This document shows positions 38,453 to 47,725 of a DNA stretch of 64,000 bases, piece by piece. A program made the translations under genes and the position numbers. A model generated the notes under the pieces. That model saw only the letters and a list, made by a program, of their open reading frames with translations, was not told where the DNA came from and did no database searches. Within the stretch, counting starts at the first letter, position 1. Each line of letters begins with the position of its first letter. The stretch is from a virus. The DNA is taken from the IMG/VR virus record IMGVR_UViG_3300020442_001467, positions 9,308 to 73,307 of that record, one strand, 5' to 3'.

Positions 38453-38841
38453 CAATGTTTATTAGCGATAGCTATCAACAAGCTGGGGGGAGTGGTCAAT
38501 CCTTTTCCACCAATAGCTACACCCTTGGTAATGACTTTACCATTCATGCTCTTCAAAGAGATGATGATGGAATGCTTCGTTACACCAGAATTAGATCTAT
38601 TGATGATGAAATTGGAGATTTTTACCGTTTAGACGGAACCCCATACCTAGATATTGCTACAGGTGTGTATGACTACGTAGAAGAAACTACAGAATCCAAG
38701 TCATATAAGAATCATCCACAAGATAAATACCAACAGTATAGATTTGATAGTCGCAAGATTAGCTATTTTATTGATGATGACGGATACTTTGTAATTCGTT
38801 TCAATGAAAATTATGATTACACCACCGAAGGACCCAAATAA
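38449..38841 (+). CDS. hypothetical protein (likely structural)
   Basis: ATGA coupling; YQQYRFD..KISYFIDDDGYFV. Confidence 0.7.
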   Translation: MTMFISDSYQQAGGSGQSFSTNSYTLGNDFTIHALQRDDDGMLRYTRIRSIDDEIGDFYRLDGTPYLDIATGVYDYVEETTESKSYKNHPQDKYQQYRFDSRKISYFIDDDGYFVIRFNENYDYTTEGPK

Positions 38842-38856
38842 TAAGGCAGCATAAAC

Positions 38857-41800
38857 ATGGCAGATTTCAGATTAGGCAGACTTAAGTTTAATTGGAGGGG
38901 CGACTGGACAGTTGCCACTGCATACGTCATCGATGACATCGTTAAGTTTGGCGCAAACACCTTTGTTTGTATTTCCAACCACACGTCAGCATCGAATGAG
39001 GCACAATGGTATGGTTCGGATGGTGCCAGATGGCAAGTCCATACCGAAGGCATTTACCATAGAGGTGAATGGGCGGATGCAACCTTCTATAGAACTAATG
39101 ATATTGTCAAGTATGGCAATGATCAGTATAGGGTTGTCAACCCCCACACTTCAGCAGGATCCTTCGCTTCTGCAAACTTTGTCTCTTATGCTAACGGACT
39201 GAAGTTTGAAGATACGTGGGATTCCAACACTGAATACCAACAGGGAGACATCGTAACCTTTGGTGGTTATTCATACATCGCTCAAGCAATCACTACTGGT
39301 TCTAGACCTAACCAGAACCTTGGCACTGATTGGGAGATCCTAACTACTGGTTTCAAGGTAGTTGGTACATGGAGCAACAGCACCGAGTATAAGCCTGGTG
39401 ACGTTGTACTTCTTGGTGGTAACTCTTACGTTGCTAAAACAACCAATACAAACTCCACACCTGGATCTAATCCTTCTGATTGGGACTTCGTTGTTGGTGG
39501 TTTCACCTGGAGAGGTACTTGGAACAACACCACAACTTATCAGCCTGGTGACGCTGTTACCAGAGCAAGTAACTCCTACATCTGTGTTGCCGAGACAACT
39601 GGCAACGAACCTGAACTAGATGTTAACGGAGACTACTGGAACTCCCTGACCCAAGGCGCACAGTCTAACGTCCTAACTGATCCTGGCGATGTTCTTTACA
39701 TCTCTGGTTCTGGTGCTGCAAGACTGCCTATCGGAAATAATGGTCAAGTTCTAACTGTTGATAGCAACGGTTTCCCTGCATGGCAAAATAATAATGTTAC
39801 CGATCCTGTTTTCTATGTCACCACAAATGGTGATGACCTGAATGACGGTTCTAACATTAGTAAAGCATTTGCTTCACTTGCTCATGCTGTAAACACCGTT
39901 ACTGGTCCTGCTACCATTTATGTCAAGGCAGGTATCTATAACGAAACTCTACCAATCATCGTTCCAGAGAACGTTTCGATCATTGGTGACAACATGAGAA
40001 CGTCCACCATTAAACCAAATGTTGGACAACCTTCTAACATCCAAAGACTAACACTCGCAACGATTCCTCTCGCTTCTGAAAGAGTCATTGGCGAGACATG
40101 CACAAACGGTGCTGGCGATAAGACCGCACAGATCATGGATGTTAGAGACGGTGGTGCTACCATCGACGTTATGCCACTGACTGGTGGTGTCTGGACTACC
40201 TCCGATGCTTTCGATAACGGTGGTGCTGATATTGCACTCAATACAGTATCTACTCTCAATAACGAGAACGCAACTCTCTTCTATCTGTCTAACAGATCGA
40301 TGCTGAAGGATCTCGTTATGGACGGCATGGCAGGATTCGTTCCTTCTTCTACCGATCCGAAGGACATGAACACCTCTACTCCAGATGGTGTATTCGTCAG
40401 ACTGAACCCCAACTCCCCAATCACCAAGTCTCCTTACGTTTCGCAGTGTTCTGCATTCTCACAGACTGGTATTGGTGCAATTGTTGACGGTGGTGTTCAC
40501 GAGAAGTATGACGGAACTGGAACTCCTTCCAACAAGTCTATTGTTTTTGACTCCTGGACTAACATCCACGAAAGCGGTGGTGTAGGTTTCTGGATTACGA
40601 ACAACGGCGCTGCTGAAATCGTATCCTGCTTCACTTACTATTGCCACATCTCCTACACCTCTACTAGAGGTGGTAGAATCAGATCCTTGGCAGGTAACTC
40701 CTCCTGGGGTACTTACGCTATTGTTTCTTCTGGTTTCAACGAGAATGAAGCTACTCTCGATGGATTCATCGACGGTATCGAACTCAACTACGATCCTCTT
40801 ACCCTATCTACTGGATTCTCTTTTGAGACTGCAGAGCAAGTTACTGGCGGCACTTCTGGTGCGGTTGGTGAAGTTGCTAGCTTCCAACCTTCTGCAGATA
40901 AGATTCTTATCCGTCCTCTCAAAGGTAACTTTACACAGAACGAAGTTGTTACTGGTAGCGTTTCTACAGCAACTGCAACTCTGGTCAATAACGCTGACGC
41001 CCAGAAGGGTATGTCAGGTTTCACCTTTGTTCTTGGCGGTCTAACTGCTGCTCCTGACCCAGGTGGTTCGATTGAATACATCACTGGTCCTGGTGGACTT
41101 GGTTCCGACCTCTTCACTTATGTAATTGCTAACTCTTCTTACTCTGGACCTACTGGTCGTGGAGAACTGACCGTAACCAGAGGACTACTTGGTTCTTCTG
41201 CTACAACTCATGATGGTTTGAGCACTGTTGCTAGATACCAAACTGGTACTGCAACGTCTCTAACTGCTCCTATCAGTGATGCAGTCAGCGTTATCATCCA
41301 AGTTGCTTCGATTACTGGTATTAACACTGGTGGTTATATCATCGTCGAAAACGAGATGATGGAAGTTGTCTCCTTCCCAACTGCAACTTCGGTCGAAGTT
41401 ATCAGAGGAGTAGAAGGCACTACTGGTGCTGCACATAACTCTGGCGTCACCGTCAGAGCACTTCAGATCAAGGTTCCTAGCGAAACAACTACCGCTAGAG
41501 ACCTAACAGCATCTGACACAATTATTCTTGTTGAATCGTCCACGGGTACTCTATCCTCCGACTATATCAAGATTGACAATGAGTTCATGCAGGTTTCTAA
41601 TTCTGCAACAATTACAACTGGTACTGTTCTGGTTGTTCTTGCAGAAGAAAAACCAACTGCAACTTATGACCGTCAAGCTACAAGAATCAGATACCTGTAT
41701 TCTCAAGTCAGACTAACTGGTCACGACTTCCTGGATATCGGTACTGGTAACAAAACCCAGACTAACTGGCCAGGTCTGCCACTTTCGGCACCTGCACCAG

Positions 41801-42129
41801 GTAATGAGGTTACTGAAAACTTCCCTGGTCGTGTGTTCTTTGTATCCACGGACCAAGATGGTAACTTCACCGTTGGTCGTTACTTCAAAGTTAACCAGGC
41901 AACTGGTAGCACAACCTTGAACGCATCTTCCTTCGACCTGTCTGGTCTATCGTCCTTGAGACTTGGTTCTATCGGTGCTCAAATCGGTGAATCCATTAAT
42001 GAGTTCACAAGCGACGTTACATTCTCTGCTAATAGCAACTCTAAAGTTCCTACGCAGAAGGCAGTCAAGACTTACGTTGACACAAAGACGAAGACTAAAG
42101 GCTTCACTTTCTGGGCGGGAGCAATGTGA
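38857..42129 (+). CDS. tail fibre-like protein with tandem CBM5/12-like repeats and a beta-helix-like region
   Basis: Five W.....Y..[GND]D.V..G...Y repeats; FYVTTNGDD.NDG...AFASL...TIYVKAGIYNE pectin-lyase-like entry motif; KVPTQKAVKTYVD C-terminus. Confidence 0.75.
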   Translation: MADFRLGRLKFNWRGDWTVATAYVIDDIVKFGANTFVCISNHTSASNEAQWYGSDGARWQVHTEGIYHRGEWADATFYRTNDIVKYGNDQYRVVNPHTSAGSFASANFVSYANGLKFEDTWDSNTEYQQGDIVTFGGYSYIAQAITTGSRPNQNLGTDWEILTTGFKVVGTWSNSTEYKPGDVVLLGGNSYVAKTTNTNSTPGSNPSDWDFVVGGFTWRGTWNNTTTYQPGDAVTRASNSYICVAETTGNEPELDVNGDYWNSLTQGAQSNVLTDPGDVLYISGSGAARLPIGNNGQVLTVDSNGFPAWQNNNVTDPVFYVTTNGDDLNDGSNISKAFASLAHAVNTVTGPATIYVKAGIYNETLPIIVPENVSIIGDNMRTSTIKPNVGQPSNIQRLTLATIPLASERVIGETCTNGAGDKTAQIMDVRDGGATIDVMPLTGGVWTTSDAFDNGGADIALNTVSTLNNENATLFYLSNRSMLKDLVMDGMAGFVPSSTDPKDMNTSTPDGVFVRLNPNSPITKSPYVSQCSAFSQTGIGAIVDGGVHEKYDGTGTPSNKSIVFDSWTNIHESGGVGFWITNNGAAEIVSCFTYYCHISYTSTRGGRIRSLAGNSSWGTYAIVSSGFNENEATLDGFIDGIELNYDPLTLSTGFSFETAEQVTGGTSGAVGEVASFQPSADKILIRPLKGNFTQNEVVTGSVSTATATLVNNADAQKGMSGFTFVLGGLTAAPDPGGSIEYITGPGGLGSDLFTYVIANSSYSGPTGRGELTVTRGLLGSSATTHDGLSTVARYQTGTATSLTAPISDAVSVIIQVASITGINTGGYIIVENEMMEVVSFPTATSVEVIRGVEGTTGAAHNSGVTVRALQIKVPSETTTARDLTASDTIILVESSTGTLSSDYIKIDNEFMQVSNSATITTGTVLVVLAEEKPTATYDRQATRIRYLYSQVRLTGHDFLDIGTGNKTQTNWPGLPLSAPAPGNEVTENFPGRVFFVSTDQDGNFTVGRYFKVNQATGSTTLNASSFDLSGLSSLRLGSIGAQIGESINEFTSDVTFSANSNSKVPTQKAVKTYVDTKTKTKGFTFWAGAM

Positions 42130-42138
42130 TCCCCTCTT

Positions 42139-42146
42139 TATAAATA
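42139..42146 (+). promoter_or_regulatory. late promoter TATAAATA
   Basis: Exact consensus upstream of ATG 42192 with AAGGAG RBS. Confidence 0.85.
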
Positions 42147-42191
42147 CTAGTAAAATTACGAAATCTCGGCAAACTTAAGGAGTAATAAAAA

Positions 42192-42512
42192 ATGGCTTCT
42201 GGAATCCTGGGGACACAAGCTTCCCTTTCAGCAAACACCCTAACCACAGTATATACCGTCCCTGCATCAACCGTTGCATACGTGAACTTCAACATCGTCA
42301 ACACCAACGCTACGCCTGTTAGCGTTCGTGTTGCTCTCGCTGCTACCAGCACACCTACTGGAGCAGAATACATTGAGTATAATGCAGAAATTGCAGGATA
42401 CGGTATTTTGGAGAGAACTGGTATTGCGCTTCAGGCAACTAAAAACATTGTAGTCCTATCCGATACGGCAAACGTCAGCGTGTCTGCGTATGGCGTTGAA
42501 GAAGAGGCTTGA
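42192..42512 (+). CDS. small beta-sandwich virion protein
   Basis: TTVYTVP...VSVRVAL...YIEY...LERTG module, also repeated in the 52622 ORF; strong RBS. Confidence 0.75.
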   Translation: MASGILGTQASLSANTLTTVYTVPASTVAYVNFNIVNTNATPVSVRVALAATSTPTGAEYIEYNAEIAGYGILERTGIALQATKNIVVLSDTANVSVSAYGVEEEA

Positions 42513-42518
42513 TAAATA
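42511..42518 (+). promoter_or_regulatory. late promoter variant (GATAAATA)
   Basis: ATAAATA core upstream of AAGGAG and ATG 42541. Confidence 0.6.
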
Positions 42519-42540
42519 ACAAAAAGGAGTTATAAGAACA

Positions 42541-42870
42541 ATGGGACGCAATCTATCAACCCCACCAAACGAGCAAAGAACTACAGTTTCTATCACTGCA
42601 GCACATAGTATTCTATCGGGAGAAATCCTTCTGATTGATACTACCGCTGGCACTGAAATTACTTTGACGTTACCAGCAAACCCATCGCCTGGCGATAGAG
42701 TAAATCTAATCGATGCCGCTGGTCAGTGTGGAACAACTAAAGCAGTTATCGCTAGAAATGGCAACAAAATTGCTAACCTAGCAGAAGACCTAGACTTCGA
42801 TATTAAAAATGCATCGCTTGAATTAATCTATAGTGGATCTTCTTACGGTTGGTCGATCCTTTCTAACTGA
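42541..42870 (+). CDS. fibre-repeat-domain protein
   Basis: DTTAG.EITLTLPANPSPGDRVNLIDA...IARNGNKI...LELIY...GW resembles T4-type long tail fibre proximal repeats. Confidence 0.65.
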   Translation: MGRNLSTPPNEQRTTVSITAAHSILSGEILLIDTTAGTEITLTLPANPSPGDRVNLIDAAGQCGTTKAVIARNGNKIANLAEDLDFDIKNASLELIYSGSSYGWSILSN

Positions 42871-42894
42871 TATACCTAGGGAGGGATATGAATC

Positions 42895-43830
42895 ATGTCG
42901 AGTTTAAGAGATTTATTAGATATTGCTGATCCGTCCGTAGTACCCGTTACTACGTACTACGGACCTCAAGGAAGTCACCAGATTTGGTTCCGTGGTGCTC
43001 ACTGTTGGGAATTCAACAGCAACCATAACTACAACTGGCAAGAGCTTTGCTGGTGCGTTCCAGCATGCTGTGTCTGTAAACTAGAGATCGAAATCTGGGG
43101 CGGAGGCGGCGGAGGTTCTGGCGCTTGCTGCTGTATGATGGGTTGGAATGGTCACTCTGGTCAGTACAACAAAGTTACAGTTTGTGCATCGCAGTCTAAC
43201 ATTAACGGTACTTCACTAGACGGTTGTAAGTATTGTTTCTGTGCAGCATCCATCACTTGTAGATATCCATCTAACGGTGGTTTTGACGGATGTAAGTCCT
43301 GGGTAAATGGTCCTGGTCTAGATAACTTCTGTGCTTGTGGCGGTTGCTACGGTAACTCCTGCTGCTTTGGTTCTTCTAACTACGCTGGTGGTTGCAGAAC
43401 CAGAATCAACTGGATGACAGGTGAAGCATGGAACAGATGGCAGACTAACTGCTGGAGTCAAGATAGAGCATGTCGTGAATACTGCTGCGAGTACGGTAAG
43501 GAATACTGGGGTGCTCAAAACTCCTATAACCAGATGGACTGCGCCGACTGTGGTAACTGGTGTATGATGAAAAACTATGTTCCTACCGCTCCTTACATGG
43601 ACGGCAAGTTTGGAACACTACATACTACCAGACGTTGCTCGATGGCAACTTGTGGTAGAGAAGCAACAATGTGGATGGAAGGCAACAACGGGGGCATTTC
43701 GGGCGATTGTTGGAGAAACGGTCCTCCTGGTATGGGTGGATTCTCTGCTGACGTATTTGGCAGAGGTTGCTGCTGCGGTTCCGAAGGTGCTGCAGGTCTT
43801 GTTAAAATCACATGGCACTGTAAGACATAA
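42895..43830 (+). CDS. Cys/Gly-rich adhesin-like protein 1
   Basis: 35 Cys in 311 aa by manual count; EIWGGGGGGSG...GAAGLVKITW glycine-rich domain. Confidence 0.75.
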   Translation: MSSLRDLLDIADPSVVPVTTYYGPQGSHQIWFRGAHCWEFNSNHNYNWQELCWCVPACCVCKLEIEIWGGGGGGSGACCCMMGWNGHSGQYNKVTVCASQSNINGTSLDGCKYCFCAASITCRYPSNGGFDGCKSWVNGPGLDNFCACGGCYGNSCCFGSSNYAGGCRTRINWMTGEAWNRWQTNCWSQDRACREYCCEYGKEYWGAQNSYNQMDCADCGNWCMMKNYVPTAPYMDGKFGTLHTTRRCSMATCGREATMWMEGNNGGISGDCWRNGPPGMGGFSADVFGRGCCCGSEGAAGLVKITWHCKT

Positions 43831-43836
43831 TAAAAG

Positions 43837-44769
43837 ATGGCAAATTTACGAGGACTACTTGGTAAAGAGTTCGGCTCTACCATTGACGATACTGCCGCTA
43901 CTTTCGGCAGTTACAATAAAGTTAGGGACGGTATGGTCTTTAACTTCATGCCCTATTGTAACATGGGTAACTGCGATAACAGCTATCGTGGTTATTACAT
44001 TCAACATTGGTGCGTTCCCTGCGGTACTACCCAGATCACCTTTGAACTCTGGGGTGGCGGCGGATCAGGCGGTGGCGCTTGCTGCTGTCAGCAAGGCGTA
44101 CCAGGTGGTTCTGGTTCATATGTCAGAAAGACCCTGCAGTATCCACAGATCCAAGGTGGATGGTGTTACTACCTTTGCGTAGCACCACCTACCTGCTGTG
44201 CATCCTGCTGCTGTGGTATCCAAGGTTGTAAGTCTTACATCACTGGTTGTAACTTAAGTAACCTTTGTGCAGACGGTGGTTTCCCTGGCAAGACTTGCTG
44301 CTATGCATTCTGGAGCAACGACTTCAGATGTACTGACAGACATTACTTCGCTGGTGCTGGTGGTTGGACTCCTGGAACAGACGGTGCATCATCTTATGGT
44401 GGTGACGAAATGATCAAAGGTGGACCTGGATTCTTCAGAACTTATAATACTTCCAGCACTTGCTGGACGAAGATTGGCATGCCTTATCCACCTAGACTTA
44501 TCGACCACAAAGGTGGTCACATTATGTCTAACGTTTCTGGTGATGCATGCAACCAAGAAAGAACATATTGTACTGGTACTACTCCTTGGGCGTATAACTC
44601 CAACTGTAACGGTGGTGCTGGTATGCCTGGTGTTGGCGCTCCTTCTGCTACATCTTGTGGTGGCAGCTGCTGCTACGGGCGTAGAGGCGTTGGCGGCATG
44701 ATCAAGATCACTTATTGCTCTTGCTGGTTAGGCGTTAACAATAACTGTGCTTATCATTTCTGTAACTAA
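43837..44769 (+). CDS. Cys/Gly-rich adhesin-like protein 2
   Basis: 31 Cys in 310 aa; FELWGGGGSGG...GVGGMIKITY; paralogue of its neighbours. Confidence 0.75.
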   Translation: MANLRGLLGKEFGSTIDDTAATFGSYNKVRDGMVFNFMPYCNMGNCDNSYRGYYIQHWCVPCGTTQITFELWGGGGSGGGACCCQQGVPGGSGSYVRKTLQYPQIQGGWCYYLCVAPPTCCASCCCGIQGCKSYITGCNLSNLCADGGFPGKTCCYAFWSNDFRCTDRHYFAGAGGWTPGTDGASSYGGDEMIKGGPGFFRTYNTSSTCWTKIGMPYPPRLIDHKGGHIMSNVSGDACNQERTYCTGTTPWAYNSNCNGGAGMPGVGAPSATSCGGSCCYGRRGVGGMIKITYCSCWLGVNNNCAYHFCN

Positions 44770-44795
44770 ATAACATATAAGAAGGATCATAGAAG

Positions 44796-45692
44796 ATGCC
44801 AAACACCAATTTACGAGACTTGTTGGGAGTCGTCACAACTAAATCAATTGAAGGATTATCATCCGCTGACACCACCACCAAGGTGCCACCATATCCTTCA
44901 AAGGATTATACTGTCATGTACATCAGTGGACAGTGTGGTGCGACTTGTGATAACTGGACTTCTAACTATGGATACTTCGAGTATCCTGACTGGAAAGTCC
45001 CATCCAACACCACAGAGATCATTTTTGAGATCTGGGGCGCTGGTGGATCTGGTGGCGATAGTCGCTGCTGTGGTAGAGGCATCCCTGGCGGTTCTGGTGC
45101 TTATGCATATAAGAAACTATCTGGTAATCAGGTAGTTCCTGGTTGTTCATACTCCATGGAGATTGGACAGGGTGGTAGAGCAAGAACAAACCTAACCTGT
45201 GGTGTTAAAGGTGGAGACACTTACATCACTGGTCACAATCTTTCTAACTTCTGTGCTGTTGGTGGTGATGGAGGATGCTCCTGCTGCTACATGTGCTGCT
45301 GCTTCTGGCACACGAAGTGTACTGTATGCTGCAATGGTCCTTGTGCGCTATACTATGGTGCTGACAGAGGTGCTTATGGCAACCCTGGCGCTGGTTACAT
45401 CTTCTGCCACAGCAACCACTGCCACAACAAGCAGTACATCCCATATCCTGGTGGTCTAGTTAACGGTAAGGGCGGTTGGTTGCCCATGACCCAATGTGAG
45501 CACAGAGGATGTGGATATTGCAGCACCATGTATGCTACCGCACAACTATCTTGGGGTGGTTTCAACGATAGAAACTATGTTCCTGGTATCGGCGGTGCTT
45601 CTGGTTGGACTGACGGTGGCTGCTGCTATGGTCAGCATGGTAACCACGGTTTGATTAGAATCAGTTACAAGCAATCTGAATGCAGCTACTGA
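44796..45692 (+). CDS. Cys/Gly-rich adhesin-like protein 3
   Basis: 25 Cys in 298 aa; FEIWGAGGSGG...GNHGLIRISY; paralogue of its neighbours. Confidence 0.75.
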   Translation: MPNTNLRDLLGVVTTKSIEGLSSADTTTKVPPYPSKDYTVMYISGQCGATCDNWTSNYGYFEYPDWKVPSNTTEIIFEIWGAGGSGGDSRCCGRGIPGGSGAYAYKKLSGNQVVPGCSYSMEIGQGGRARTNLTCGVKGGDTYITGHNLSNFCAVGGDGGCSCCYMCCCFWHTKCTVCCNGPCALYYGADRGAYGNPGAGYIFCHSNHCHNKQYIPYPGGLVNGKGGWLPMTQCEHRGCGYCSTMYATAQLSWGGFNDRNYVPGIGGASGWTDGGCCYGQHGNHGLIRISYKQSECSY

Positions 45693-45712
45693 TCACCGAA
45701 CAATCTATTCTA

Positions 45713-45720
45713 TATAAATA
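45713..45720 (+). promoter_or_regulatory. late promoter TATAAATA
   Basis: Exact consensus upstream of ATG 45762. Confidence 0.85.
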
Positions 45721-45761
45721 TCTAAAGCAATAACCACAGACTACTTAAAGAGATTACTACC

Positions 45762-46490
45762 ATGGCGAAAATTTCAAAAGAATTTACATACGATCTACCT
45801 GATGAGTACACAAAGCAGACTAGTGATCTTGGACTAACTGCTACTGCGACCTATGAGGGTCCTGAATTCCTGTACGTATTTGTTGATGCTGCAACAGGTA
45901 GACTGCTAGCATCCCAGTCGTTCATGCCTACAAAGAACGAAACTGTTGATGCAGAGAATGCACAGATCAGAGCAGGTCTTGACGAGAGAGCAATCCTCCT
46001 CCGTCCTAAAGCATCCAACACCGATGCAATCATTGCATCCCTCTTCATCGCTCCTGACACTGGAGAGTCCACCGACTATCCACAGAAAAAGTACACCCTT
46101 GATGGTGAGACCGAACCATATTACGTTCGTCCCGATCCCCAGTGGACTAACCACACCTATCAAGTAGATGAGATCGAATATGATTTCACTGCTGGTGAGT
46201 GGAGCACTCCTTTCCCCTGGATGAAGCCTTGGATGACTCTTGAGATGCATACCACTGCTAGAGATAACATTGTTGGTGGCGCAAGAAAGTTCCTTGAGGA
46301 CAACAGAGCAAATCTGACCGCAGCTCAAATTGCTGCTATCGAAGCATTCGGCACCGAGATGGACGCTACATACACCAAGTATGCTGGCATCGATGCTCAC
46401 ATGATTCCTTTCCCAGACGATCCAACTGCTGGTCTAGTCGATGGTTACGACTATAACGTAGACGAAGATGGTCTGCTATCCGCTGAATGA
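45762..46490 (+). CDS. hypothetical acidic protein (possible fibre assembly chaperone)
   Basis: Follows the adhesin-like genes; helical C-terminus ending IPFPDDP loosely resembles Tfa-type chaperones; function is inference. Confidence 0.55.
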   Translation: MAKISKEFTYDLPDEYTKQTSDLGLTATATYEGPEFLYVFVDAATGRLLASQSFMPTKNETVDAENAQIRAGLDERAILLRPKASNTDAIIASLFIAPDTGESTDYPQKKYTLDGETEPYYVRPDPQWTNHTYQVDEIEYDFTAGEWSTPFPWMKPWMTLEMHTTARDNIVGGARKFLEDNRANLTAAQIAAIEAFGTEMDATYTKYAGIDAHMIPFPDDPTAGLVDGYDYNVDEDGLLSAE

Positions 46491-46512
46491 TAACTGATTC
46501 TGTGGTATACTG

Positions 46513-46536
46513 GGGGCGGGGAACCGCCCCTTTTTT
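46513..46536 (+). terminator. intrinsic terminator
   Basis: GGGGCGG-GGAA-CCGCCCC hairpin (GNRA loop) followed by TTTTTT. Confidence 0.9.
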
Positions 46537-46540
46537 CATG

Positions 46541-46548
46541 CATAAATA
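46541..46548 (+). promoter_or_regulatory. late promoter variant (CATAAATA) for the sugar-modification operon
   Basis: ATAAATA core immediately after the terminator and ~28 nt before ATG 46576. Confidence 0.65.
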
Positions 46549-46575
46549 GTAGAAACTAAATCATTGTGATTGATT

Positions 46576-47712
46576 ATGAGACCTAAATCATTCTTTATCA
46601 ATGGTGGTGCTGGACGTGTGCTTTGTTCAATTCCCGCCCTTGAGAAGTATCAAGAAGATCATCCAGACGAAGATTTTCTGATCGTATGTGAAGGAGGTAC
46701 AGACTTCTTCAAAGGACATCCTACACTTTATGGTAAGGTGTACGATAACTGGCATAAGAATCTCTTTAGAGATAAACTGATTCACACTGACACTATTTCC
46801 CCAGAACCTTATAGGGTATGGGAATACTACAATCAGAAGTGTAATCTCTCTCAAGCATTCGATATTGCTATCAACAATAAAGGTATTAGAGATTTACCTA
46901 AACCAACAATCAAACTTTCCAAGGAAGAGTCGATCAACGGGAAGTTTATTGTTGCAGAAGTAAGACAAAAGACGAATAAGAAAAAGACTGTTGTCTTCCA
47001 ACCATATGGTAGAGGAGTACAGCAGGCAGGTAATATCATTACCGATCCTTCTGGCAGAAGTTTTGAACACGGAAACATGGTTTCCATTATCAAGAGACTT
47101 CAGAAAAAGTATTCTGTCATTTTGATGTCAGAGTTTGCATTTGATTTTGAGAAAGAAGGACTTCGTGATACTATTTCATTCCCTGCTGGCAATGGAGTTC
47201 CCATGCGTGGTTGGGCAGGTATCATCAAAGAAGCAGATCTCTTTCTTGGTTGTGACTCGGTGGGTCAACACATTGCACATGCAGTTGGCACTCCTGTAGT
47301 TGCTGTCATGGGATCAACTTTCGGAGTCAACGTTTCTTATCCAGAAGAAGAAATGTTTGATGTCCTTGACATGGGCGAAGGTCTTCGTCAGTATGATCCG
47401 ATCCGTATCTGTCCTGATGAAGAGTCTGCAAGACTTAATGATGGCATCATGGCAATGAATGACAAGGTAGAAGAAGTCATCATGAAGTCGGTTGACAAAC
47501 TGATGAACAAATACTATCGCAAACCATCTATGGAGGTTGTTCTTCCTCCAGAATTTGGTGGTCCTACAGCAGATGGATGTAACCTACCAGAAGCACCCAG
47601 CAGCAATGGAAACAATTTCCAAATTCCAATGCAGCAACCCGCTCCTGGTGGATCAGATGTAAAAATTCCAGCACTAGATATTCCCAGCAAAGGGTTTTCC
47701 GTTAAAAAATAA
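46576..47712 (+). CDS. GT-B glycosyltransferase, GT9/heptosyltransferase-like
   Basis: N-terminal GGAGRVLCSIPAL and C-terminal IIKEADLFLGCDSVGQHIAHAVGTPVVAVMGST, matching the GT9 D[ST]x.xH.A.A.G.P motif. Confidence 0.75.
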   Translation: MRPKSFFINGGAGRVLCSIPALEKYQEDHPDEDFLIVCEGGTDFFKGHPTLYGKVYDNWHKNLFRDKLIHTDTISPEPYRVWEYYNQKCNLSQAFDIAINNKGIRDLPKPTIKLSKEESINGKFIVAEVRQKTNKKKTVVFQPYGRGVQQAGNIITDPSGRSFEHGNMVSIIKRLQKKYSVILMSEFAFDFEKEGLRDTISFPAGNGVPMRGWAGIIKEADLFLGCDSVGQHIAHAVGTPVVAVMGSTFGVNVSYPEEEMFDVLDMGEGLRQYDPIRICPDEESARLNDGIMAMNDKVEEVIMKSVDKLMNKYYRKPSMEVVLPPEFGGPTADGCNLPEAPSSNGNNFQIPMQQPAPGGSDVKIPALDIPSKGFSVKK

Positions 47713-47725
47713 TTGAGGATTAGTA

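Noticed and set aside
43577-44182. 201-aa alternative-frame ORF spanning two Cys-rich genes
   Set aside because: Shadow-like composition; the other off-frame here has normal stops, unlike the 34749-37954 region
31571-45692. Diversity-generating retroelement or invertible shufflon acting on fibre genes
   Set aside because: No reverse transcriptase or recombinase in the window. The repeats seen are exact direct repeats, not adenine-mismatched TR/VR pairs or inverted sites.
46503-46511. TGGTATACT extended -10-like element
   Set aside because: Lies immediately before a terminator hairpin, so a transcript would start inside the hairpin; may be chance
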